The position numbers were made by a program, and so were the translations under genes. A DNA stretch of 54,801 bases from Candidatus Geothermocultoraceae bacterium (GTDB lineage: Bacteria; Actinomycetota; Aquicultoria; SKW223; CALKMS01). The notes beneath the pieces are model-generated. The model was not told the origin of the DNA. It saw only the letters and a program-made list of their open reading frames with translations, and did no database searches. The stretch covers positions 1-54,801 of the forward strand of contig DAIRCJ010000002.1 of the NCBI GenBank assembly GCA_036796755.1, read 5' to 3'. How positions within the stretch are numbered: position 1 is the stretch's first letter; each line of letters begins with the position of its first letter. This document shows positions 43,668 through 53,130 of this stretch, piece by piece.

Positions 43668-44123
43668 ATGATTGAGGGAGTTAAGACCAAGAAGCTCAGA
43701 GTAATTCCTGATGAGAGAGGAAGGTTGATGGAAATTTTCCGTTCTGACGACGAATTCTTTCAAAAGTTTGGCCAGGTTTATCTGACCACCGTACTTCCGG
43801 GGGTGGTGAAAGGCTGGCACTATCATAAGATTCAGTTTGACAATATTGCCTGCCTAAAAGGAATGATAAAGTTAGTGCTTTACGATAACAGAGAGGATTC
43901 GCCAACCAGAGGAGAGATTAACGAGTTTTTCATTGGCGAACACAATCCATTGCTGGTTCATATTCCTCCTTTAGTTCTTCATGGTTTAAAGGGGATATCT
44001 TTAGAGGAAGCATTGGTGTTAAATGTTCCAACCGAACCTTACAACTATGAGCAGCCGGACGAATATCGCCTTCCCCCTTACACTCCCGATATCCCTTACG
44101 ACTGGCAGAGAAAGGATGGTTAG
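43668..44123 (+). CDS. dTDP-4-dehydrorhamnose 3,5-epimerase-family cupin (short type)
   Basis: 'DERGRLMEIFR', 'GQVYLTTVLPGVVKGWHYH' and 'VHIPPLVLHG' fit the RmlC-like cupin fold. Its position between rmlA and rmlB supports the call. Confidence 0.7.
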   Translation: MIEGVKTKKLRVIPDERGRLMEIFRSDDEFFQKFGQVYLTTVLPGVVKGWHYHKIQFDNIACLKGMIKLVLYDNREDSPTRGEINEFFIGEHNPLLVHIPPLVLHGLKGISLEEALVLNVPTEPYNYEQPDEYRLPPYTPDIPYDWQRKDG

Positions 44124-44125
44124 TT

Positions 44126-45070
44126 TTGCGCCTTTTGGTAACTGGTGGAGCCGGCTTTATTGGGAGTAATTTTGTTCGTTATATTTTAAAAGAGCATCCC
44201 GAAGACAAAGTTATAAATCTGGATAAACTAACTTACGCTGCCAATCTGGAAATCCTAAAAGAGTTTGAAAAGAACCCTTCTTATCAGTTTGTAAAAGGTG
44301 ATATTGGCGATGAAGAATTACTTAATGATTTACTTGAAGGGGTAGACGTGGTTCTTAACTTTGCAGCTGAATCTCATGTAGACCGATCAATAGTAGACCC
44401 TGATGAGTTTATCCGTACCAATGTTTGGGGAACCAATGTGCTTTTGAGAGTGAGCAAAGAAAAAAAAGTTGGGCGTTTTGTTCAGATTTCCACCGATGAA
44501 GTTTACGGGAGCATTGAAAAGGGTTCTTTTTCGGAAGAGTCACTACTTAACCCTAGCAGCCCTTACTCTGCTTCCAAAGCGGCGGCTGACCTGCTGGCTT
44601 TAGCTTACTTCAAAACTTACAACTTTCCTGTTCTTATAACTCGAAGCACTAACAATTTTGGGCCTTTTCAGCATCGGGAAAAATTTATTCCCACCATGAT
44701 TTACTCGGCCCTTAATGATAAGCCTCTGCCGATTTATGGTAATGGTCAGAATATAAGGGACTGGATTTATGTAGAAGACAACTGCCGAGCTATTGATTTG
44801 GTTTTGCGGAAGGGGAAAGAAGGGGAAATTTATAACATTGGGGCAGGTAATGAAAAAACTAACCTGGAGGTGGCTCGAGAAATTCTTAAAATTTTAGGGA
44901 AAAGTGAAAGCCTAATTTCTTTTGTTCCTGACCGGCTGGGTCATGACTTTCGTTACTCGGTAACCACGGAAAAGATAAAAAATTTGGGTTTTAGACTTAA
45001 GTGGAATTTTTATCAAGGGCTAAAAGAGACCATTGATTGGTATCAAAATTTTGGTTTTAAGAGCAAATGA
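44126..45070 (+). CDS. rmlB: dTDP-glucose 4,6-dehydratase
   Basis: 'LVTGGAGFIGSNFV', 'LTYAANL', 'NFAAESHVDRS', 'STDEVYG' and 'PYSASKAAADL' (YxxxK) are canonical. Confidence 0.9.
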   Translation: MRLLVTGGAGFIGSNFVRYILKEHPEDKVINLDKLTYAANLEILKEFEKNPSYQFVKGDIGDEELLNDLLEGVDVVLNFAAESHVDRSIVDPDEFIRTNVWGTNVLLRVSKEKKVGRFVQISTDEVYGSIEKGSFSEESLLNPSSPYSASKAAADLLALAYFKTYNFPVLITRSTNNFGPFQHREKFIPTMIYSALNDKPLPIYGNGQNIRDWIYVEDNCRAIDLVLRKGKEGEIYNIGAGNEKTNLEVAREILKILGKSESLISFVPDRLGHDFRYSVTTEKIKNLGFRLKWNFYQGLKETIDWYQNFGFKSK

Positions 45071-45075
45071 GGTTC

Positions 45076-46104
45076 TTAATTTATCCCTCTTATCTTTTTC
45101 AAGTTTTCCCAGTAAGTTTTTTCCCAGAGATGATAATTTTTCTCAATTGTTCTTTGAGAAGCAACCTGGTAAGCTGCTTCAGCAATTTCTTTCCGGTAGT
45201 CTTCATCCTCAATTAACTTTTTCAGGTACTTAAGCCAGTCTTTAGGAGTTTTAGCCAGAAATCCGGTTTTTTTGTGTTCTATGCTTTCTAAATAGGGGCC
45301 AACCGGGGAAGCAATAATGGGTATCTTAAGCATTCCATATTCAATGAATTTCAAATCGCTTTTACCCCGGTTAAACTGGTTGTCTACCAGGGGGGCAAGC
45401 CCGATGTCAAACTTAGACAGAGTTTTTGCTGGATATTCTTCCACTCTTTGCCATTCGAGAACATGGATGCGAGGGTTGAGTTTAAACGGATAAACATGGG
45501 CTGGCATGCCGGCTAAAACCACCTCGACCTGAGGATATAGCTCCAGAACGCCTTCTATTACTCCTTGAATTAAAGCCAGGTCAGAATAGTGTTGGGCTCC
45601 TCCCGCCCAGCCAATGACTACTTTCCCGGGATGTTTTTCTTTCTTCACCTGGAAAAATTTTTCAGGGAGCATATTCTTGAGCACCACAACATTTGGATTG
45701 ATGGGTCGAAAGACTTCAGCTAAGTTGCTGGTGCTGGTAGTTACCAGCTTGCAGGTTCTCATAGAGTTTACTACACCTCGCTGGTTTTCGGGCTTGCTCC
45801 AGAAGTTGAAAGCTGGGCTTTTGGGGTCAACATGAAAAATGTTGTCGTCAAGCTCATAGACAGTGAGTTTTTTTAAAAGGTTGGCATCTTGTATGGCTCG
45901 AAGTGAGCCTTCGTCCAGTCGGCGCTGAAAAACAATAACATCAAACTCCTGAACGATCTCAGGAGTGATTATTTCATCCATGACAACTTCGTGACCACCG
46001 AGGTCGCGCAAGGCAACTCCCGGGACATGGCAACGGTACCAGCCACAGCCGAAGAGGTCCTGAGAAAAATAGAAAATTTTGAGTTTTGGTATTTTTTCCA
46101 GCAT
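45076..46104 (-). CDS. Putative GT-B-fold glycosyltransferase (paralog of 34768-35817)
   Basis: 'GCGWYRCHVPG', 'VVIGWAGGAQHYSDLALI', 'FDIGLAPLVDNQFNRGKSDLKFIEYG' and 'KKTGFLAK'. It converges on rmlB with a 5-nt gap. Confidence 0.5.
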   Translation of the reverse strand: MLEKIPKLKIFYFSQDLFGCGWYRCHVPGVALRDLGGHEVVMDEIITPEIVQEFDVIVFQRRLDEGSLRAIQDANLLKKLTVYELDDNIFHVDPKSPAFNFWSKPENQRGVVNSMRTCKLVTTSTSNLAEVFRPINPNVVVLKNMLPEKFFQVKKEKHPGKVVIGWAGGAQHYSDLALIQGVIEGVLELYPQVEVVLAGMPAHVYPFKLNPRIHVLEWQRVEEYPAKTLSKFDIGLAPLVDNQFNRGKSDLKFIEYGMLKIPIIASPVGPYLESIEHKKTGFLAKTPKDWLKYLKKLIEDEDYRKEIAEAAYQVASQRTIEKNYHLWEKTYWENLKKIRGIN

Positions 46105-46298
46105 TGGCTTTTAAATTTTAGGGTTAATTTTTTGATTCTTCAAGGAAGGCCTTTTTTAATTTTTCAGCTTGCTGATTTAGGGCTAGACTTTATATAAAAA
46201 CTTTAAATAGTTATCATAAGGAGAAATTTATCTCAGAATCTGTTAAATTATTATGCCAGTTTATTCTTAGGGTTTTTTAGGTTTTAGGGTTTTTTAAA

Positions 46299-47474
46299 AT
46301 GAAGAAAAAAAAGTTAGTCTATATGGACAACGCAGCAACTTCTTATCCTAAGCCGCCTCAGGTCTTGAAGGCGATGATTAATTTTACTCAGAAAATTGGA
46401 GGAAATCCTGGCCGTTCTGGACATCGCCTTTCTCTGAAAGCCGGGGAAAAAGTTGAAGAAGCCAGAGAAGCAATTGCTGAATTGTTTAACATTAAAGACC
46501 CTTTACGGATTTCTTTTTCTTACAACGCTTCTCATGCTCTTAACTTTGCTTTGCTCGGCTTGCTTGAACCTGGCGATCATGTGATTACTACCAGTCTGGA
46601 ACATAACTCAGTTGCCCGTCCTCTTCGCTATCTTGAAGGCCTGGGAGTTAAGTTGACCATTTTGAAAGCCGACCCTTTAACCGGGGAGATTTCCCCTGTC
46701 GACTTTAAAAAGGCGATTAATCGGAAAACTCGAATGCTGGCGATGGTTCATGGTTCCAATGTAACTGGCAGGGTTTTGCCTTTGAGGCTTTTTGGAGAAA
46801 TTACTCGTCAACAGGGACTGATATTTTTAGTTGATGCAGCTCAAACTGCTGGTAGTTACCCGATAGATGTAGAGGAAGACCTGGTTGACCTTCTGGCTTT
46901 TACCGGCCACAAGTCCTTGCTTGGTCCTCAGGGAACTGGTGGTTTGTATGTTCGTCCAGGTATTCAGCTCAGGCCAACTTTGAGAGGAGGCACAGGCAGT
47001 CGCTCAGAAGAAGACCGCCATCCTTCTTTTCTCCCTGATCTTCTGGAAGCTGGCACTCTTAACGCAGTGGGTCTGGCCGGGTTAGCCAGTGGGGTTCGGT
47101 TTATTCTCAAAGAGACAGTGAAAAAAATTCGGGAAAAAGAAAAAGCACTTCTTAAAAGGCTTCTGGAGGGATTAAAAGAAATTGAATTTTTAGAGATTTA
47201 TAGCTCTCCTCAACCGGAAACCAATCTTTCGACAGTTTCCGTTAATTTTTCCAGTCTTAACCCTTCTGAGGTTGGTTATTTACTTGATAAGCGTTTCGGG
47301 ATTATGGTTCGGGTTGGTCTTCACTGTTCACCTTGGGCTCATCAGACTATTGGCACTTACCCTCGGGGGACAGTGCGGATAAGTATGGGTTATTTTAACA
47401 CCTTTCAGGAAGTTGATTACCTTATTGAGGCTTTTTGGGAAATCAGTAAACTGGCGAAAAGGAGAATGAGTTGA
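46299..47474 (+). CDS. Class V aminotransferase, NifS-like cysteine desulfurase / selenocysteine lyase family
   Basis: 'YMDNAATSYPKP', PLP-lysine block 'FTGHKSLLGPQGTGGLYV' and active-site 'RVGLHCSPWAH'. Confidence 0.85.
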   Translation: MKKKKLVYMDNAATSYPKPPQVLKAMINFTQKIGGNPGRSGHRLSLKAGEKVEEAREAIAELFNIKDPLRISFSYNASHALNFALLGLLEPGDHVITTSLEHNSVARPLRYLEGLGVKLTILKADPLTGEISPVDFKKAINRKTRMLAMVHGSNVTGRVLPLRLFGEITRQQGLIFLVDAAQTAGSYPIDVEEDLVDLLAFTGHKSLLGPQGTGGLYVRPGIQLRPTLRGGTGSRSEEDRHPSFLPDLLEAGTLNAVGLAGLASGVRFILKETVKKIREKEKALLKRLLEGLKEIEFLEIYSSPQPETNLSTVSVNFSSLNPSEVGYLLDKRFGIMVRVGLHCSPWAHQTIGTYPRGTVRISMGYFNTFQEVDYLIEAFWEISKLAKRRMS

Positions 47475-47698
47475 ACTGGGTAGTTGTTTTTGAAGCCACT
47501 TCTCACGCTTTGCGGGCTGAAAGGATTTTAAAGAAAGCTGGCTTGAAAGTTTTTGCTATCCCTACCCCTCGTCACCTCTCGGCTAATTGTGGCATTGCTT
47601 TTCGATTTTCGGAAAGTTTAAGATTTCAGGTAGAAAAAAGTCTAAGAGAAGCAGGCTGTCCCTTTGAAGGAATTTACCCTTTAGAGGAAAGAAGGTAA
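47471..47698 (+). CDS. DUF3343 / putative Se-S carrier-like small protein
   Basis: 75 aa: 'VVVFEATSHALRAERILKKAGLKVFAIPTPRHLSANCGIAFRF'. It has the single conserved Cys and the beta-alpha layout I associate with PF11823. It is translationally coupled (GTTGA) to the desulfurase. Confidence 0.6.
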   Translation: MNWVVVFEATSHALRAERILKKAGLKVFAIPTPRHLSANCGIAFRFSESLRFQVEKSLREAGCPFEGIYPLEERR

Positions 47699-47775
47699 CT
47701 TTTTGACATCTAAAGCTTAAACCATTAGATTTTGTTTGGCCTATTGAAGGTTTGAAAGAAAGGTTAAGGTAGATA

Positions 47776-48120
47776 ATGCATGAAGCTCCAATTGCTCAGA
47801 GCATACTTGAGCTGGTAACCGGTGAAGCGGAAAAAGCGAAAGCTAAGAAAGTAAATAAGATTTATCTAAAGATAGGAAAGATGACTGGGGCGGTTGAAGA
47901 TGCTTTACGTTTTTATTTTGAGGTTTTAACCCGGGGAACAAAACTTGAGGAGGCAGAGTTCGAAATTGAGTGGGTTCCAACCCGGGCCGTTTGCTTTCAA
48001 TGCCAGGAAGTTTTTGAGGTAGAGGATATGTTACCGGTTTGTCCTCACTGCTCAGGCTTGGGGGGAAATATCATCTCTGGAAAAGAACTTGAAGTTGTTA
48101 AAATAGAAATTGAGAGGTGA
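47776..48120 (+). CDS. hypA: Hydrogenase nickel incorporation protein HypA
   Basis: N-terminal 'MHE' nickel site and the zinc motif 'CFQCQ...CPHCSG'. Confidence 0.85.
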   Translation: MHEAPIAQSILELVTGEAEKAKAKKVNKIYLKIGKMTGAVEDALRFYFEVLTRGTKLEEAEFEIEWVPTRAVCFQCQEVFEVEDMLPVCPHCSGLGGNIISGKELEVVKIEIER

Positions 48121-48791
48121 GGGTTTTGGAAGAAGTTGATATAAACCGCAGTGTCTTGGAGAAAAACGACCAGATTGCTGAGGAAAATCGCCAGTTGTTT
48201 AAGGAAAAGAAAGTTCTGGTGGCAAATTTTATTGCTTCACCTGGGGCAGGCAAAACTACCTTGATTTTAAAAACCCTTGAAGAACTGGGAAACTCGGTTA
48301 AAGCTGGAGTGATAGAGGGAGATATTGCAACTAAAATCGATGCTGAAAGAATTAAGCAGATGGGCCTCCCGGTAACCCAGATTAACACCGGCGGGATCTG
48401 CCACTTAGATGCTTCAATGGTGAAAAAAGCTCTTAACCATTTTGACCTGAGCGAAATAGACTTCTTAATCGTTGAAAATGTTGGGAACCTTGTTTGTCCA
48501 GCCGATTTTTCTACAGGGGAAAACTTAAAGGTGGTCATTTTAAGTGTGCCCGAGGGAGATGATAAGCCTCAAAAATATCCTTTAACCTTTCATCAGGCTG
48601 ACGCGGTAATCATCAACAAAATTGATTTACTGGCTCTTTCTGATTTCAATTTAGAGCTCGCTTGTCAGTCTATCAGGGCTTTAAATAAAGAAGTCAGCAT
48701 TTTCCCTGTTTCCTGCAAGACGGGTGAAGGCATGGAAAGCTGGCTTAAATGGCTGAAGAAAAAGATAGCGGAGGTAAAAGATAATGGATAG
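48117..48791 (+). CDS. hypB: Hydrogenase accessory GTPase HypB
   Basis: 'SPGAGKTTL', 'EGDIAT..D', 'CHLDA', 'ENVGNLVCPA' and 'INKIDL'. Confidence 0.9.
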   Translation: MRVLEEVDINRSVLEKNDQIAEENRQLFKEKKVLVANFIASPGAGKTTLILKTLEELGNSVKAGVIEGDIATKIDAERIKQMGLPVTQINTGGICHLDASMVKKALNHFDLSEIDFLIVENVGNLVCPADFSTGENLKVVILSVPEGDDKPQKYPLTFHQADAVIINKIDLLALSDFNLELACQSIRALNKEVSIFPVSCKTGEGMESWLKWLKKKIAEVKDNG

Positions 48792-49329
48792 AGAAGAAGC
48801 TCTCAAATTAGTTAAAGAAAAGGTTAAAAATCAAAATCTGGTTAAGCATATGCTTGCCTGTGAGGCAGTTTTAAAAAAACTGGCTAACTATTTTGGTCAA
48901 GATGAGGAAAAGTGGGGCCTGGCTGGCCTTTTACATGATCTGGACTATGATTTAACCTTTGACAAACCGGAAAAGCATTCTTTAATAACAGCCGAGTGGC
49001 TGACTGAGCTTGGGGTAAACGAGGATATTATCAAAGCGGTTAAAGCTCATGGCGGGAAGGCTCCTTTGGATGATCTTTTAAGCCAAGCTCCTTACGCCAC
49101 CGACCCCACAACCGGTTTTTTGGTTGCCTGCGCTTTAATGACTCCGGAGAAGAAAATGGCTGCCGTTGATGTTGGCTTTGCTTTGAGGCGTTTTAAAGAA
49201 AAGTCTTTTGCCCGCGGTGCCAACAGGGAGCAAATGAAAAGCTGTGAGTCTTTCGGAATGCGTCTGGAGGATTTTTTAAAGCTGGCAATAGAAGCTATGC
49301 AAGAAATAAGTGGAGACCTTTCGCTTTAA
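48784..49329 (+). CDS. HD-domain phosphohydrolase
   Basis: 'LVKHMLACEAV' ... 'GLLHDLDY' (H...HD motif), about 180 aa. Confidence 0.7.
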   Translation: MDREEALKLVKEKVKNQNLVKHMLACEAVLKKLANYFGQDEEKWGLAGLLHDLDYDLTFDKPEKHSLITAEWLTELGVNEDIIKAVKAHGGKAPLDDLLSQAPYATDPTTGFLVACALMTPEKKMAAVDVGFALRRFKEKSFARGANREQMKSCESFGMRLEDFLKLAIEAMQEISGDLSL

Positions 49330-51381
49330 ATGAGCACCTTAATCATTACCGAGAAGGATAAAACAGCTCGCCGAATTGCGGAAATTCTATCTGAGGGGAA
49401 GTATGGTTCCAAAAAAATTTCCAGGCTTCCGGTTTACATTTTTAAAAAAGATAGCCGGGAATTTCACATTATTGGCTTGAAGGGACATCTTTTAAAAGTA
49501 GATTTCCCTTCGCGCTATCAAAACTGGCAGAAGGTCGACCCTAAAGAGCTAATCGATGCCCAAATAATCAAGGTTCCGATTGATAGGGGAGTGTTGAAAG
49601 CTTTAAAGGAAGAGGCAGCTCGGGCTGAAGAAATCATCATAGCTACTGATTTTGATCGCGAAGGGGAACTTATCGGTTACGACGCTTCCCAGGAAGCGAG
49701 GAAAGTTAAGTTAATTGAGGCTTTAAAGAGAGCTCGCTTTTCAGCCTTAACCGTTTCGGAGATAAAAAAAGCTTTTCAAAATCTGGAGAGGCCTTATGTG
49801 AGTCTGGCTTTAGCTGGAGAAGCCCGTCAGGAAATTGATTTGATCTGGGGAGCTACTCTCACCAGGTTTCTTTCTATTGCCTCCCGACGTCTGGGAAAGC
49901 AGTTTCTTTCTGTTGGTCGGGTTCAAAGCCCAACCCTTTGTTTGCTGGCTCAGCGAGAGAAAGAAATAAAGGATTTCCAGCCTCAGGACTACTGGCAGCT
50001 AAAACTGATCTTAGGAAAGGATGGCCAGCAGTTTCTGGTTTTTCACGAAAGAGAACGGTTTTTCGACCGAAAAGAAGTGGAAAAGATAAAGAAACAATTG
50101 GGCGAGAGAGGGGTAGTAACAGCAGTTGAAGTAAAAGAGCGAGATGTTTTGCCACCCAGTCCTTTTAACACTACTCAGTTTTTAGTTGCTGCCTCAAGCC
50201 TTGCTCGCCTTTCCCCGGCTCGGGCAATGCAGATAGCTGAGGACCTTTATATGAGCGGGTTAATCAGTTATCCCCGGGTTGATAATACGGTTTACCCTCC
50301 TTCTCTTAACTTTAAAGCGGTTCTTGGCTTTTTAAAAAAGAACCGAGTTTACGAGGAAGCAGTAAGAACCATTTTTTCTCAAAAGAAGATTACACCAACC
50401 CGGGGAAAAAAATACTCAACTGACCATCCGCCAATATATCCAACGGCTTTACCCTCTCCTGGAAGTCTGAAGGGAGCGGCGGAAAAAATTTACGACCTTG
50501 TCGCCCGGCGCTTTCTGGCTACCCTTTCTCCTTCAGCCCAGGTTGAGGAAAGTTCAGTAGTGGTTGAAGTAGGAGGAGAAAAGTTCATAGGAAAAGGTTT
50601 TAGAGTTTTAAAAGAAGGCTGGTATCTGGCTTACCCCTTTTCCCGAAGGAAAGACGAACCCCTGCCTCCTTTAAAAAAAGGTGACTGGGTTGAGGTTCTG
50701 GAAGTTAAACTGGAAAAGAAACAAACCCAACCACCTCAGCGTTATAGTAGCGCTCGGCTGGTTCAGGAAATGGAAAAACTCGGGCTGGGCACCAAAGCTA
50801 CCCGTCACCAGATTATCCAGAACTTGTATGAGAGAGGATATATCAGAGGAGATCCGATTCAGACTACGGAGCTGGGAATGGCTGTAGCTGAAGCTTTGAT
50901 GCGCCATATGAAACCCGTTTCCACTCCTGAGATGACTTCTCAGCTGGAGGACGAAATGACGGAAATTGCTGAGGAGCAAAAAAGTAAAGAAGAAGTAGTT
51001 GACCACTCGCGTCAACTTTTAAAGTCAGTTATGGAAGGTTTGGAAGAGGAAAGAAAGGCTTTGAGAGAAACGGTTCAGGCAGGTTTAAAAGCCGAAGGTT
51101 TAATAGGAAAATGTGTATGCGGTGGTGAGTTAAGAGTGGTGGTATCTAAAAGAACTAAAAAGAGGTTTGTAGGCTGCAGTAATTATTTTAATGCTGACGG
51201 AGACCAGAAGTGTTCCGTTTCTTATCCCTTGCCACAAAAAGGGTTAGTCTCTTCAACCGGTCAAACTTGTTCAATATGTGGGGCACCGATGGTTAGAATA
51301 ATTAATAAAGGGAAGAAACCCTGGGACATTTGCCTTAGCCCTCTTTGCCCGGGCAAAAAACCAAAGGAGGAGAAAAGTTGA
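49330..51381 (+). CDS. topA: Type IA DNA topoisomerase (archaeal/topo III-like N-terminus, two C-terminal zinc ribbons)
   Basis: Toprim 'LIITEKDKTARRIAEIL' and 'IIATDFDREGELIG', active-site Tyr block 'GLISYPRVDN', and zinc ribbons 'CVCGGEL...GCSNY' and 'CSICGAPM...CLSPLCPG'. Confidence 0.85.
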   Translation: MSTLIITEKDKTARRIAEILSEGKYGSKKISRLPVYIFKKDSREFHIIGLKGHLLKVDFPSRYQNWQKVDPKELIDAQIIKVPIDRGVLKALKEEAARAEEIIIATDFDREGELIGYDASQEARKVKLIEALKRARFSALTVSEIKKAFQNLERPYVSLALAGEARQEIDLIWGATLTRFLSIASRRLGKQFLSVGRVQSPTLCLLAQREKEIKDFQPQDYWQLKLILGKDGQQFLVFHERERFFDRKEVEKIKKQLGERGVVTAVEVKERDVLPPSPFNTTQFLVAASSLARLSPARAMQIAEDLYMSGLISYPRVDNTVYPPSLNFKAVLGFLKKNRVYEEAVRTIFSQKKITPTRGKKYSTDHPPIYPTALPSPGSLKGAAEKIYDLVARRFLATLSPSAQVEESSVVVEVGGEKFIGKGFRVLKEGWYLAYPFSRRKDEPLPPLKKGDWVEVLEVKLEKKQTQPPQRYSSARLVQEMEKLGLGTKATRHQIIQNLYERGYIRGDPIQTTELGMAVAEALMRHMKPVSTPEMTSQLEDEMTEIAEEQKSKEEVVDHSRQLLKSVMEGLEEERKALRETVQAGLKAEGLIGKCVCGGELRVVVSKRTKKRFVGCSNYFNADGDQKCSVSYPLPQKGLVSSTGQTCSICGAPMVRIINKGKKPWDICLSPLCPGKKPKEEKS

Positions 51382-52289
51382 TTGGAGTAGTCGGGGCTGG
51401 ACAGGTAGGTTCCACTTTAGCTTTTGAGCTTTTTCGAAGGAACCTTGATAACATTGGATTAGTAGATATTGTTCCCGGTTTAGCCCGGGGGAAGGCCCTT
51501 GATATCACTCAGTGCGGAAACCTTCTCGGGGTTAACCAGGAAGTTATTGGCTCTGAAGATTTATCTATTTTAAAAGAAGCTAGTCCGGTGGTTATTACGG
51601 CTGGCTATCCCCGCCAGCCCGGAATGAGCCGCCTTGATTTAGCTTTTTCCAATGGTGAGATTTTAAAAGAAATCATTGGCCAGCTTCTCAATCTTAATTC
51701 TCAACTTATTTTGATCATAGTTACTAACCCCCTGGATTTAATGGTGCGGCTGGCTCTGGAAATTTCCGGCCTGCCCCGGGAAAAAGTGATGGGAATGGGG
51801 GGGCTGCTTGATTCAGCGCGCTTTCGCTACTATTTAGCTAAAAGCTTAAATCTTTCTTTTACCGAGGCAAAAGGGTTGGTAGTTGGTGAACACGGCGACG
51901 GAATGTTGCCTCTTTTCTCTACAACGGGTCTGGCTTTTCCTGATGAGAGATTAAAGAAAGAAGTTACTGAAGAGACCAAAGATGGGGGAGCAACGATTGT
52001 CAAGCTTCTGGGAAAAGGAAGTGCTTATTTTGCTCCAGCGGTTTCCGCTGCTTTAATGGTGGAGTCAATAGTGAAAAATCGGGGCGATTATTTTTCCGTG
52101 GCTTATCTGGCTCAAGGTGAGTTTGGCTTAGATGACGTTGTTCTTAGTTTGCCTGCAATTTTAGATAGTCAGGGACTTAAACCTGCAAGCTTGCAACTGG
52201 AGAAAGAGGAATTAGACACCTTGAGGGAAAGAGCGGCTGAGTTAAGAAATTCCCAGAAAGATTTTCTGGAAAAGTTTCTCAATGCCTGA
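51378..52289 (+). CDS. mdh: Malate dehydrogenase (LDH-like, NAD-dependent)
   Basis: I prefer the TTG at 51378, after AAAGGAGG and overlapping the topA stop. 'IGVVGAGQVGSTLA', 'DIVPGLARGKALD' and 'GYPRQPGMSRLDL' (Arg at the substrate-discriminating position) indicate MDH rather than LDH. Confidence 0.8.
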   Translation: MIGVVGAGQVGSTLAFELFRRNLDNIGLVDIVPGLARGKALDITQCGNLLGVNQEVIGSEDLSILKEASPVVITAGYPRQPGMSRLDLAFSNGEILKEIIGQLLNLNSQLILIIVTNPLDLMVRLALEISGLPREKVMGMGGLLDSARFRYYLAKSLNLSFTEAKGLVVGEHGDGMLPLFSTTGLAFPDERLKKEVTEETKDGGATIVKLLGKGSAYFAPAVSAALMVESIVKNRGDYFSVAYLAQGEFGLDDVVLSLPAILDSQGLKPASLQLEKEELDTLRERAAELRNSQKDFLEKFLNA

Positions 52290-53130
52290 AAAAATTGAAG
52301 CTACTGCCATTGTAAATAAGGTATTTGACTTAATTTTGAAAGCCAGCTTCGAATTAAGAAGGGATGTTCTGGAGGCTGTCCTTCTGGCGACCGAAAAAGA
52401 AACGGGTTTAGCTCGGAAAAACCTGGAAATTCTGGCTGAAAACGCTTATTTTGCCCGGGAAGAAAAAAGGCCGCTCTGTCAGGACACCGGACTGGTTCAG
52501 ATTTTTTTTGAGGTCGGGCAGGAGGTGGTTTTGCCCGCCGAGCCTCTGGAGGAACTGGTTTCCCGTGCTACTGAGCTGGCCTTTAAGGAAGGGGCTCTCC
52601 GCGCTTCGGTTGTTGCTGATCCTTTGTTTGAAAGGAAAAACACCGGAAATAATTTGCCTGCGGTGGTAGCTTTTAAGCTGGTTCCCGGGAAAGGTTTTAA
52701 AGTTAAAGTTATGCTTAAAGGGGCAGGAAGTGAAAACGCCAGTTTTTTAAGGATGCTTTCGCCTTCAGCCGGTTTGAGGGGGGTAAAAGAAGTTATTTTA
52801 AAAAGGGTTTTCGAGAGAATTCCCTACGCCTGTCCTCCGGTAATTGTTGGCGCCGCCGTCGGAGGTACTTTCGATACAGTGGCTCAGGCAGCTAAAGAAA
52901 CACTTTTTGAGCCGGTTGGGCGTTACAATCCTCAGCCCGGTCTTAATAAGTTGGAAGAAGAAATTCTTCAGGAGATTAACTCCTGGGGGATTGGTCCTCA
53001 GGGGTTGGGAGGAAAGACTACGGCTCTGGCCGTTCATTTGAAAGTTCTTCCTGCTCACATTGCTTCTTTACCTCTGGCGGTTTGCCTTTCCTGTCATTCT
53101 TTAAGGACGGCGGAGGCTGATTTAGAATGA
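52282..53130 (+). CDS. fumA: Class I (Fe-S) fumarate hydratase / tartrate dehydratase, alpha subunit
   Basis: 'PLCQDTGLVQIFFEVG', 'NLPAV' and 'KGAGSEN' are typical of the Fe-S hydro-lyase alpha domain. Confidence 0.85.
   Translation: MPEKIEATAIVNKVFDLILKASFELRRDVLEAVLLATEKETGLARKNLEILAENAYFAREEKRPLCQDTGLVQIFFEVGQEVVLPAEPLEELVSRATELAFKEGALRASVVADPLFERKNTGNNLPAVVAFKLVPGKGFKVKVMLKGAGSENASFLRMLSPSAGLRGVKEVILKRVFERIPYACPPVIVGAAVGGTFDTVAQAAKETLFEPVGRYNPQPGLNKLEEEILQEINSWGIGPQGLGGKTTALAVHLKVLPAHIASLPLAVCLSCHSLRTAEADLE

Noticed and set aside
46118-46291. TTAGGG-containing repeats as telomere-like sequence.
   Set aside because: There are only three dispersed copies inside a bacterial promoter spacer, with no tandem hexamer array. 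The resemblance to the eukaryotic telomere unit is coincidental.
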